Source: a virus (lineage: Duplodnaviria > Heunggongvirae > Uroviricota > Caudoviricetes). Taken from it: a stretch of 33,961 nt of DNA. How positions within the stretch are numbered: position 1 is the stretch's first letter; each line of letters opens with the position of its first letter. The notes below the pieces were generated by a model that was not told the DNA's origin, ran no database searches, and was given only the letters and a program-made list of their open reading frames with translations. The position numbers were made by a program, and so were the translations under genes. Below are positions 24,259 to 32,361 of the stretch, in pieces. The DNA is taken from the IMG/VR virus record IMGVR_UViG_3300037067_019759; one strand, given 5' to 3'.

Positions 24259-25524
24259 ATGCCTTATCCATATACGACAGAACCGACTCATGTGCAAGGT
24301 ACAGTAGCGGCAGCTCCGCGTACTACGCATGAATCAGGTTCTTCACACGAGAATATTCAAAAATTGGATGTTGTAGACAAAATATTCATGCTTGAACCTC
24401 GTAAAACACCGTTTATTCAATTATTAACAAATGTTGGACGTTCTTATGACGGTACCTCTTGGCAGGGTTCAGCATTGCAAAAAGCACCAACGGTAAATAC
24501 TGAATTTAAATGTTTTGAGGATCAATATGGTGGTCGGTACGCGAAGGTAAATCTTGCGTACAATGCCGGTGACGATCCGGTAACCATTACCGTTTCCGGT
24601 GCTGGTTCAAGTTCAGCTTATATTTTTACTAAAGGCGATATTATAATGAATTATCGTACTGGTGAACGTATGAAAGTTGCTTCAGTCTCTGGTACCACCA
24701 CTATTACCGCTAATCGTTCAATCGGAACAACTCCGGGGACAGCTGGCGTAATTGGCGATGGTTTGTATATTATCGGTAATGCGAATGAGGAAAATGCGAC
24801 TGCGCGCAACGTTAACACTACATTAAAAACAGCGCAGACGAATTTGACCCAAACGTTTCGAACCAGTATATCAGTTTCTGGATCTCAAATGGCAACTGCT
24901 CAATATGGTGAAGCAGAACTTCCTTTTCAACGTCGGAAGAAAGGTATTGAGCATTTGCTTGATATCGAGCGAGCATTTATGTTTTCTGAAAAAAATGATG
25001 GTACTGGAGCTTCTAGTCTTCCTGAAAGAACTACTGGCGGTTTGTTAGAATTTATTGAAGGTGGCAACTCTTACGTTCAAGATCAAGGCGGCGTGTTGAC
25101 TGCTCCTGATTTTGACGTATTTTTGAGAGAAGGTTTCACCTACGGCGATGGCACTAAACTATTGCTTTGCGGCGGTCCGGTGTTATCAGCTATCAATGAA
25201 ATAGCCCGCGGTCAGATTGTAACTAAAACTGGTGATAAATCTTACGGATTGCAGATAACTGAATGGCAATCTCCGCATGGTGTTGTTAATATTGTACGTC
25301 ATCCGTTCTTAGTTCAAGATTTTGCCGGTTACGCATTTTTACTTGATTTAAATTCATTCAGATATCGTTATTTATCTGCTAATGGAGTAAATCGCGATAC
25401 TAAATTAAATCTTAATATTCAAGCTAACGGCACGGACGGTATTGTAGATGAATATTTGACTGAGTGCGGTTTGGAACGTAATCAAGCAGCTCATCACGCG
25501 TTACTAAAAGGTGTATTATCCTAG
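24259..25524 (+). CDS. Major capsid protein (SU10/DUF5309 type, HK97 fold)
   Basis: EPRKTPF; N.TQTFRTSISVSGS; QRRKKGIEHLLDIERAF; RTTGGLLEFI; DEYLTECGLE. Confidence 0.88.
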   Translation: MPYPYTTEPTHVQGTVAAAPRTTHESGSSHENIQKLDVVDKIFMLEPRKTPFIQLLTNVGRSYDGTSWQGSALQKAPTVNTEFKCFEDQYGGRYAKVNLAYNAGDDPVTITVSGAGSSSAYIFTKGDIIMNYRTGERMKVASVSGTTTITANRSIGTTPGTAGVIGDGLYIIGNANEENATARNVNTTLKTAQTNLTQTFRTSISVSGSQMATAQYGEAELPFQRRKKGIEHLLDIERAFMFSEKNDGTGASSLPERTTGGLLEFIEGGNSYVQDQGGVLTAPDFDVFLREGFTYGDGTKLLLCGGPVLSAINEIARGQIVTKTGDKSYGLQITEWQSPHGVVNIVRHPFLVQDFAGYAFLLDLNSFRYRYLSANGVNRDTKLNLNIQANGTDGIVDEYLTECGLERNQAAHHALLKGVLS

Positions 25525-25544
25525 TAATATAATAATACTGATAT

Positions 25545-25634
25545 GGATTCCAACGGGGGGATGGGAAGCGCAAATAAACATCCCCCCTTTGTAGGGGAAA
25601 CTCTGCAACCCGACAAAATCACGGGTAATTGATT
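25545..25634 (+). ncRNA. Structured leader motif, copy 1
   Basis: GGATTCC; 9-bp stem with GGA..GCAAA loop; GAAA hairpin; CCGACAA-AATCA-CGGGTAAT-TGATT. Confidence 0.55.
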
Positions 25635-25657
25635 CTTAATTAACCTAACTAAAAAAT

Positions 25658-26362
25658 ATGGGATACGATTTTTCAAAAACGAGAGAGTTATTAAGCGGTT
25701 CTAAAGCGGCAATGATCGTTTATAATGAACCAGTGGCTCTTCGTTTAAAATATAAAGGAACAGGCACGGTTACTTCCGTTACTGTAACAACTGGTACTAA
25801 TATAGTATTGGTTACTTCCGATGGGGGGACTGATACTTATGCTTTTGCTACATTTACTACGATGGGAAATTTAGAGGATGCTATCAATTCTGATGGTATT
25901 TTTGAAGCAAAAGTGTTGGATGCATTACGTCAAGATTTAACTTCAGGAAGTCCGCTGGTTGATGGTGCTAAAACTATCACTACTGATGGTTATTATGATT
26001 TATGCGTTGATACTAATGTTACTTTTTCTTTAACTTATCGTTGTGCTTATGACAGAAATGTTAAAAAAGAAGCACCAGTGTACAATCATCGCGTTAAATT
26101 AAATGAGTTTATTTATTATGCCACACTTGGTAATGCTTCTGCGAATGACGTTCAAGTATGGGAATACGACAGAGAACATAATACTGAAACTCAAGTGTAT
26201 CAAGCTACTTCAGTAAGTGCTACTGTCACTACTACTAGATTTGCTAATGGCAAAGGTAATATTTGCAGTGGAAATGGAAATGATTTGATTGTTAGATTAA
26301 TTGACAATACTTCTTTGGCCGATTCTGGAGCTTTCTTGCAAGTAAACTATACTAGAGAATAA
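25658..26362 (+). CDS. Virion protein, paralog A (capsid decoration/auxiliary candidate)
   Basis: Beta-rich, Thr/Val-rich; follows the MCP; clearly similar to 26480-27202. Confidence 0.75.
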   Translation: MGYDFSKTRELLSGSKAAMIVYNEPVALRLKYKGTGTVTSVTVTTGTNIVLVTSDGGTDTYAFATFTTMGNLEDAINSDGIFEAKVLDALRQDLTSGSPLVDGAKTITTDGYYDLCVDTNVTFSLTYRCAYDRNVKKEAPVYNHRVKLNEFIYYATLGNASANDVQVWEYDREHNTETQVYQATSVSATVTTTRFANGKGNICSGNGNDLIVRLIDNTSLADSGAFLQVNYTRE

Positions 26363-26370
26363 ATTAGTAC

Positions 26371-26455
26371 GGATATCCTTCGAAATTGTGGGATGTAAAA
26401 TCACAGTTTTCTATAAGATCAACTTATAGTCCGAAAAAGCCACGGGTAAATGGCT
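26371..26455 (+). ncRNA. Structured leader motif, copy 2
   Basis: GGATATCC; 8-bp stem with GGATGTAAAAT loop; 7-bp hairpin; CCGAAAA-AGCCA-CGGGTAAA-TGGCT. Confidence 0.55.
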
Positions 26456-26479
26456 GGTTTAATTAATTAAGTAAAAATT

Positions 26480-27202
26480 ATGGCTAGTTTAAAATCAATT
26501 TTGGAAAAAGCCGCATTAGCAAAAAATGTTGTCGGCACTGTTGTCGCTGATACTCCAGTAGCTATCAGAATAAAGTATATTGGTTCTGGTTCTGTTACTT
26601 CCGTTACTGTCGATACTGATCAAGATATTACGTTAGTATCGGTAGAGAGCGGGACAACGGTTACGGAAGAATATTTATTAGCTACTTATACCACAATGGG
26701 AGCGTTAGCTGATAGAATAAATAACAGTCAATATTGGGATGCCGAAGTGGTAGACGCGTTAAGAGCAGATTCAACTGCGAGTAGTCCGTTTGTTGATAAT
26801 GCCTCCCTAACTATTACGGCAGATGGGTATTACGATGCGTTAGTAGACACAAATGTTACTCTCACCCTTACTTACCGATGCGCATATGATCGTGGAGTTA
26901 ATGAATCGGAAGTAAAACCAAAAGGAGCTCATCGAGTGCATTTGCAAGATATCGTGTATTACGCGGATGTAACTGGAGGAGCGGCTAATGAGTTTAGGAT
27001 TTATGAGTATAATCCGACTACTTTAGCGGAAACTCAAGTATATCAGGCAACATTAGTTGATGGCGTGGAAACAAGAGTAAATTTTGCCAATGGAGAGGGA
27101 GAAATAACCTCTGATTGGAATAATGATTTAATCGTGAGAATTGTTGAAAACGCGGCGTTAGCTGATACTTGCTACATGTACGTTAGTTATATAGCAGAAT
27201 AA
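26480..27202 (+). CDS. Virion protein, paralog B
   Basis: Shares PVA.R.KY, VTSVTV, DALR.D, DGYYD..VDTNVT..LTYRCAYDR, ETQVYQAT and NDLIVR with paralog A. Confidence 0.75.
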   Translation: MASLKSILEKAALAKNVVGTVVADTPVAIRIKYIGSGSVTSVTVDTDQDITLVSVESGTTVTEEYLLATYTTMGALADRINNSQYWDAEVVDALRADSTASSPFVDNASLTITADGYYDALVDTNVTLTLTYRCAYDRGVNESEVKPKGAHRVHLQDIVYYADVTGGAANEFRIYEYNPTTLAETQVYQATLVDGVETRVNFANGEGEITSDWNNDLIVRIVENAALADTCYMYVSYIAE

Positions 27203-27204
27203 TT

Positions 27205-27232
27205 ATTAGGGGAGCTTAAAAATTCCCCTAAT
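27205..27232 (+). terminator. Terminator-like or stabilising hairpin
   Basis: ATTAGGGGA-10 nt-TCCCCTAAT followed by AT-rich sequence with a weak U tract. Confidence 0.45.
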
Positions 27233-27264
27233 TGAAATTTATTTATTTATGAATATTTAAACAT

Positions 27265-27747
27265 ATGAAGTTTGTAACAAAAAATTCTAATTATCTTCTT
27301 GTTTTACGTTCCGGCCAACCGGCGGTTCCAGCTATTGGTCAACCATCAAAACCCGGTATTTCTGTCAGGTCTGATGGAATGGGTTTAGTCAATGTTGAGA
27401 ATGAAAAAATATGTAAAATGATTATGGAAAGTTCGGCTTGCAAAAGAGGTGATATTCTACCTGTAGATAGTGAGAAGGACGATCCATTTGCAGATAGACG
27501 AGTAGAGATTGAACCACAACACGCTACTGTTGAATTACAGCATGGTGCTATTGTCGGTAATGTTAATGCTCGTTCTAAAGTATCTTTTACTTTAGCGCAA
27601 AAGAAAGAAATAAAAAAAATGATGGAAAAAACAGTACCCGAAATGGCAAAAGAAATGGCTAAGGAAATGCTAAAAGAAATGTTAAAAAAAGAAAATAAAG
27701 ATAAAGTTGAAGAAAAAAAAGAAGATAATGATGAAATAAAAGAATAA
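27265..27747 (+). CDS. Hypothetical late protein
   Basis: 160 aa with a charged helical C-terminus. Confidence 0.7.
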   Translation: MKFVTKNSNYLLVLRSGQPAVPAIGQPSKPGISVRSDGMGLVNVENEKICKMIMESSACKRGDILPVDSEKDDPFADRRVEIEPQHATVELQHGAIVGNVNARSKVSFTLAQKKEIKKMMEKTVPEMAKEMAKEMLKEMLKKENKDKVEEKKEDNDEIKE

Positions 27748-27829
27748 TTAACATAATGAGTTTATTTGTTGGATAAATTTGACCATTAAATAATGGAAAA
27801 TAATTTTTTTTGCAGATAGACAAAAATAT

Positions 27830-29332
27830 ATGCACACAACAGCAATAAGTGATTATACTCACTTATTCTATGACCCCTTTATTTACGGTTATGATGATAA
27901 TTTCTTCAAGACTATTTCTGGAAGTGTAACCGTTGTTAATGGGAAAATTAGAATAAATTGCGGTACGGATAGCACTGGCAGGGCTAATTCTACAACCATG
28001 TTTATGTTTGGAGAATTAAACTACAGTATGACTATTCCTACCGCTCCGACAGCTGGTGATAATAGAGTTTGGGGTTTTTATTCACGCGCAATGCAGAATA
28101 GAAATGCCGCTTATTTTTATATTACCGGAACAAATTTTTACGCTAGGTCGTATGGTGATACTAGCTTAGTGTCTGAATCTACTACCATAGTTTGGGAAGA
28201 TGCGTGGACTAATACTCCAATTGATTTTAAAATTGTTTGGCGTATTGAACGAGTTGACTTTTATATTGATAATCGGTTGATGGCTACTCATACTACTAAA
28301 GTTCCGAAGCAAGTGTTAATGCCGATGTATTTTTCTAATGGAGCGAACGACAATATGTATGTTAATTTTATAGAAATTAGCAATGCAAGAAAAATGTATT
28401 TTGGCAAGACAACATTATGGATTTCTACATCATCAAGTACTTCACCAAGTATGTCGCCTTCTTTATCTCCATCATATTCTCCCTCTATTAGTCCGTCTTA
28501 TTCACAGTCACTCAGTCCTTCGAAATCACCGTCTATAAGTCCCTCTATTAGTCCGTCTTATTCACAGTCACTCAGTCCTTCAAAATCACCGTCGCTCAGT
28601 CCTTCCATTAGTCCTTCGGCAAGTCCTTCCGCTTCTTACAGTCCTTCAAAATCACCGTCTATAAGTCCCTCTATTAGTCCGTCTTATTCACAGTCACTCA
28701 GTCCTTCAAAATCACCGTCGCTCAGTCCGTCTATTTCACCGTCAGCAAGTTCTTCCGCTTCTTATAGTCCTTCGGTATCACCGTCATACAGTCCGTCACT
28801 CAGTCCGTCTTATTCACAGTCTCTCAGTCCTTCTATCAGTCCTTCGGCAAGTCCTTCCGCTTCTTACAGTCCTTCAAAATCACCGTCATACAGTCCGTCA
28901 CTCAGTCCGTCTTATTCGCCGTCGCTTAGTCCGTCTTTCTCTTCGTCGCTTAGTCCTTCCTATTCTCCGTCTCTTAGTCCATCTATTAGTCCTTCACTTA
29001 GTGTATCGACGTCGCCTAGCGTTTCTATTTCTCCGTCATACAGTCCTTCTTTATCTCCATCATTTAGTCCCTCTGCATCGCCAAGTAAGTCGCCTTCTTA
29101 TTCACCGTCACTCAGCCCCTCTATTTCACCGTCATCCAGTCCTTCCGCTTCTTACAGTCCTTCTTATTCATCGTCACTCAGCCCCTCTATTTCACCGTCA
29201 TCCAGTCCTTCCGCTTCTTACAGTCCTTCCTTATCTCCGTCATACAGTCCCTCTTTATCTCCGTCATACAGTCCCTCTTTATCTCCGTCATACAGTCCTT
29301 CAGTTAGTCCTTCGGTGTCACCGAGTTTTTAA
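27830..29332 (+). CDS. ConA/GH16-like beta-sandwich fused to a ~300-aa Ser/Pro repeat tail
   Basis: [22 protein letters not shown] (GH16-like strand pattern; no EIDxE), then (SPSx)n; no signal peptide or TM segment. Confidence 0.8.
   Translation: MHTTAISDYTHLFYDPFIYGYDDNFFKTISGSVTVVNGKIRINCGTDSTGRANSTTMFMFGELNYSMTIPTAPTAGDNRVWGFYSRAMQNRNAAYFYITGTNFYARSYGDTSLVSESTTIVWEDAWTNTPIDFKIVWRIERVDFYIDNRLMATHTTKVPKQVLMPMYFSNGANDNMYVNFIEISNARKMYFGKTTLWISTSSSTSPSMSPSLSPSYSPSISPSYSQSLSPSKSPSISPSISPSYSQSLSPSKSPSLSPSISPSASPSASYSPSKSPSISPSISPSYSQSLSPSKSPSLSPSISPSASSSASYSPSVSPSYSPSLSPSYSQSLSPSISPSASPSASYSPSKSPSYSPSLSPSYSPSLSPSFSSSLSPSYSPSLSPSISPSLSVSTSPSVSISPSYSPSLSPSFSPSASPSKSPSYSPSLSPSISPSSSPSASYSPSYSSSLSPSISPSSSPSASYSPSLSPSYSPSLSPSYSPSLSPSYSPSVSPSVSPSF
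28424..29329 (+). repeat. Degenerate 12-bp coding repeat (SPSx; x = L/I/Y/A/K/S/V/F) with higher-order blocks
   Basis: Visible directly; for example AGTCCGTCTTATTCACAGTCACTCAGTCCTTC recurs near 28490, 28550 and 28676. Confidence 0.95.
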
Positions 29333-29342
29333 TGTAATAAAT

Positions 29343-29369
29343 GAGGGGAGAGTTATCCACTTTCCCCTC
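29343..29369 (+). other. GC-rich intergenic hairpin without U tract
   Basis: GAGGGGAGAGT-tatcc-ACTTTCCCCTC (11 bp, one G-U). Confidence 0.6.
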
Positions 29370-29385
29370 TCGCAGGAATAAATAT

Positions 29386-29688
29386 ATGGAAAATGAAAAA
29401 TATGAACAATTATTAGAGAAAGTAATAGTTTCCACTGAAGAACAAAAGAGTATCTCTAAAAGTTTATTAGATGTGGCTCAAGGTTTGCGTGAAAATACAA
29501 AATATTTAAATGACAATTTTATTCTTCATTCTCAACAAACAATTGATATTTCTAAAGATATTAAATTGATAAAGAATGATTTAGTCAGATATTTAAAAGT
29601 GGCGTTGATTATTTTGTTTTTAATATTGGGTGGAGCGTCAGTGGTAAAGATAACTGGCATTGATTTTTTTAAGAATTTATTGATGTAA
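29386..29688 (+). CDS. Coiled-coil protein with C-terminal TM helix (holin/XhlA-like candidate)
   Basis: Start moved to ATG 29386; VALIILFLILGGASVV TM segment; opens the membrane-protein cassette. Confidence 0.6.
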   Translation: MENEKYEQLLEKVIVSTEEQKSISKSLLDVAQGLRENTKYLNDNFILHSQQTIDISKDIKLIKNDLVRYLKVALIILFLILGGASVVKITGIDFFKNLLM

Positions 29689-29692
29689 TTAT

Positions 29693-29983
29693 ATGCTTAT
29701 AGCGACTATCTGTTATACATTATCTTTGATTGTGTTAGGTGCGTTAATTGGTTCTTATTTAATTGCTTATATATTAGATAAATCAATATCAATACTTTCT
29801 TTGTTGTTATTTTTGATATCGATTTTTCTCGTTGTTTTAGTTATTACTTCTAATTATTGGTTAAGTTATTATGGATTAAAAGAAATAACCTGTTTAGTAA
29901 TGGCTGATTTTCGTTCGATTATTTTATTAGTAACTAGTGTATTCTTTCTTTGGACAACTTGGAAAAATAAAACAAAAAAATGA
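29693..29983 (+). CDS. Three-TM membrane protein (holin-like candidate)
   Basis: Three hydrophobic segments and a basic C-terminus (KNKTKK). Confidence 0.65.
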   Translation: MLIATICYTLSLIVLGALIGSYLIAYILDKSISILSLLLFLISIFLVVLVITSNYWLSYYGLKEITCLVMADFRSIILLVTSVFFLWTTWKNKTKK

Positions 29984-30078
29984 TAGAAAAAATATTTAAA
30001 TGTATCATTATTGCCCTTGCGGCGATCGGAGCATTTTTTATAGGGATGGTAATGCATCTTTTATTTACTATGCCTTAA
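29980..30078 (+). CDS. 32-aa membrane peptide (not in ORF track)
   Basis: ATGA overlap; MIEKIFKCIIIALAAIGAFFIGMVMHLLFTMP. Confidence 0.5.
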   Translation: MIEKIFKCIIIALAAIGAFFIGMVMHLLFTMP

Positions 30079-30082
30079 ATTT

Positions 30083-31081
30083 ATGGATGAAGAAAAACAA
30101 TATTATGCTTTAGGCGCTAAAAAGAGTCCTAGAGATAAACGAGACTTTAAATTAGCGTCTATTCAATTGCCCGTAGAATTACCGAAGCAATTTGAGTTGC
30201 CTGAATTGTTTCCCCCAAAGAACCAGTGGCGCAGAGGTTCTTGTGTTTCCCAAGGTTCATCTCACCACAAAGAACGGCAAGAAAAGAAAAGAATATCCGC
30301 TCGTTTTATTATGGCTTTGGCAAAACAATTGGAAGGAAATATTGAGTATGGAGCGTATGGCAGGAGTGCTTTTAAGGTTTTAAAAGAAAGAGGAAGTTGC
30401 GAGGATAGTTTATATCCTGAGCCAGATTCTTCAATGACATGGGAGGAATATATTGATGTAAGTAAAATTCCTCTTGAGAATTTTGCCAATGCTTCTATAT
30501 ATAAAATTGGCAGTTATTGGTCGCCAGAAGTAAGTCCCGAGGGAATAAAACAGGCAATTTATCAAAATCCAGATAATTCGGTAGTTATTATAATGGAATG
30601 GTTTAAGGAATTTAATACCCCCCTTATTAATGGTGTTTTACCTGAACCGATTAATTCAGGTGGCGGACATATGGTTGAGGTTTGTGGTTGGGATGATCAA
30701 AAGGCTAACGGTAGTTTGAAATTAAAACAATCTTGGGGAAAAAATTGGGGGGTGAATGGATATTGCTGGCTACCTTATTCGTATTTTAAAAAGAAAATCA
30801 TTTGGGATGCTTGGATTTCTTTGGATTTACCAGATAAATTTTCAGTTGATGAACGATATGGTTTTGTGAGGACATGGCAGAAGTATATGCAAGAAAAAGC
30901 GATGGCGTTCAATCCTTGGCTTTATGGTAAGATTAAACGTTTGCCTAATAATCGGGAAATATCAGCGTTGGTGTATGGAAAACATGATTATAGTACGATA
31001 TTTGAGGGTAAAAATGGCAAAGTTTGGCTAGAAAAAACTAAACCGCAATTAATTAAAGAGGGATTTGATTATAAAATTTAG
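30083..31081 (+). CDS. Papain-like C1 cysteine peptidase, putative endolysin
   Basis: KNQWRRGSCVS (Gln/Cys), GGHMVEVCGWDD (His), KQSWGKNWGVNGY (normally KNSWG); flanked by membrane proteins. Confidence 0.82.
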   Translation: MDEEKQYYALGAKKSPRDKRDFKLASIQLPVELPKQFELPELFPPKNQWRRGSCVSQGSSHHKERQEKKRISARFIMALAKQLEGNIEYGAYGRSAFKVLKERGSCEDSLYPEPDSSMTWEEYIDVSKIPLENFANASIYKIGSYWSPEVSPEGIKQAIYQNPDNSVVIIMEWFKEFNTPLINGVLPEPINSGGGHMVEVCGWDDQKANGSLKLKQSWGKNWGVNGYCWLPYSYFKKKIIWDAWISLDLPDKFSVDERYGFVRTWQKYMQEKAMAFNPWLYGKIKRLPNNREISALVYGKHDYSTIFEGKNGKVWLEKTKPQLIKEGFDYKI

Positions 31082-31099
31082 TTACTAATCTAAAAATTT

Positions 31100-31279
31100 A
31101 TGCAAAAAATTGATTTTGTGATTTCAATTTTAGTGGCGATTGGTATTGTTGGCATTATTTTGCTTTTATCTTTGGATAAAAGTGTGGTAGTGCTTACTCC
31201 GATAGTGACTACATTAGTTGGTTATATCGTAGGTATTAAAAAAGAAGTAATCGCTGGTATGTTTAAGGCTAAATCTTGA
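31100..31279 (+). CDS. Two-TM holin-like protein, 59 aa (not in ORF track)
   Basis: MQKIDFVISILVAIGIVGIILLLSLDKSVVVLTPIVTTLVGYIVGIKK... Confidence 0.65.
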   Translation: MQKIDFVISILVAIGIVGIILLLSLDKSVVVLTPIVTTLVGYIVGIKKEVIAGMFKAKS

Positions 31280-31304
31280 CAAAATATTGGATGCTTGCTA
31301 TACT
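31276..31304 (+). promoter_or_regulatory. Sigma70-type promoter with TTGGA box
   Basis: TTGACA(31276-81)-17-TATACT(31299-304), with TGn and TTGGA at 31287-91. Confidence 0.8.
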
Positions 31305-31352
31305 GTAAATAATGAGTTTGTTTATAAGTTATTGGGTAGTAAAAATTAAAAA

Positions 31353-31446
31353 AATCGTGTGAAAAAAATAAATATAAAACAAAATGGGATTTCTAAGATG
31401 GCAAGGTTTACACGATTATTCCTGCCGTTTTGGGGGTCCCATTTTG
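31353..31446 (+). promoter_or_regulatory. Structured leader (long hairpin whose loop pairs with an upstream segment)
   Basis: 31380-89/31437-46 (10 bp); 31393-403/31423-33; loop 31407-17 is complementary to 31353-63. Confidence 0.55.
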
Positions 31447-31505
31447 AGTTATATGATATAACGTATCGGCATATACAAAGTATTATTTTTTAACTTTTAA
31501 ATTAT

Positions 31506-31718
31506 ATGAACAAGGTTACTTGGTTAAACGACAAAAAATTAAGATGTAAAAATTGCAAATATTTTACACTTAAATTTAAAGCGTATGATACAAAATTTCA
31601 TTTTCGTGTTGAATGTTTAAATTGTGGGGCAGTATTTCATTATTCCGATCGCGATCTTATATCGAAAATCCGTTCATTTCAGGAGAATAAAGAATCTGGA
31701 TTATCTTCTCACAATTAG
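31506..31718 (+). CDS. Zinc-ribbon protein
   Basis: CKNC ... CLNC. Confidence 0.6.
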   Translation: MNKVTWLNDKKLRCKNCKYFTLKFKAYDTKFHFRVECLNCGAVFHYSDRDLISKIRSFQENKESGLSSHN

Positions 31719-31833
31719 GGCAGGTAATTACTCTAATATTATTTAGAGGAATAGAAATTTCATCACCAATTACTTTTGGCAATGGTTCTATCCTTACTTC
31801 TGTTAATTTTTTGTCGCATCTTGGACACATCAT
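31657..31833 (-). CDS. Zinc-ribbon protein, YgiT/MqsA-N-like (start moved to 31833)
   Basis: MMCPRCDKKL...VITCPNCEK; preceded by TAACTTTAATCTT, resembling the early-cluster leaders. Confidence 0.6.
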   Translation of the reverse strand: MMCPRCDKKLTEVRIEPLPKVIGDEISIPLNNIRVITCPNCEKIIQILYSPEMNGFSI

Positions 31834-32017
31834 AAGATTAAAGTTAAGAATTAAAAAATAATATTTGGGTATAGTAAAGCGAAACTGTATATGCCGTGTT
31901 AGATGATGTGCTGTCTTCAGCATTTCATCTAACTGGAGGATATGCGAAATTACGCATATTAATTGTTATAAAATTTATGAAAAATGAAAATTTTTGGAAA
32001 GATATAATTTATAAAGT

Positions 32018-32203
32018 ATGATAACTGACAAAAATTTAAAAGATTTATTTGGATATATTAGAGCAAATTCAAAAACTGCTAAAGCTTTTATAGAAGATAA
32101 AAATGATAATGAAATTGTTATATCGTTTAATAAAATTAAAGATATATTAATATCGGAACAAATTTGGATTAAAAAAAATTATATTATAAAGAAAAAGGAA
32201 TAA
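32018..32203 (+). CDS. Hypothetical protein
   Basis: ATG ORF, 61 aa. Confidence 0.55.
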   Translation: MITDKNLKDLFGYIRANSKTAKAFIEDKNDNEIVISFNKIKDILISEQIWIKKNYIIKKKE

Positions 32204-32218
32204 TATATCTATTAATAT

Positions 32219-32332
32219 ATGACAAATAAACTACAACAATGGGAAAAGGTGACTAATGAACTTGCTGATGAATTTATAAACAAGTATTTTGATAAAGATG
32301 CTGAATATTGGTGGATCAATGATGGATTATAA
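32219..32332 (+). pseudogene. 37-aa truncated homolog of the 32907-33209 gene
   Basis: WEKVTNELADEFINKYF vs YEKAVVELSEFFVNKYF; a +1-frame GDVL follows, matching GDVM in the intact copy. Confidence 0.6.
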
Positions 32333-32361
32333 ATATTTTGGTGATGTGTTATTATATAAAT

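Noticed and set aside
26371-26430. c-di-GMP-I (GEMM) riboswitch
   Set aside because: TTCGAAA..GGGATGTAAAATCAC superficially recalls the GEMM junction, but the P1/P2 pairing and tetraloop receptor cannot be built, and copy 1 fits worse.
28424-29329. Repeat tract considered as a CRISPR array
   Set aside because: No constant repeat with unique spacers; it is an in-frame coding repeat. No cas genes are present.
29354-29362. TTATCCACT as a DnaA box
   Set aside because: An isolated 8/9 match forming the loop of an intergenic hairpin.
29001-29381. Alternative-frame ORF with LRHTV/HRHS repeats
   Set aside because: A by-product of the 12-bp SPSx repeat lacking stops in a second frame.
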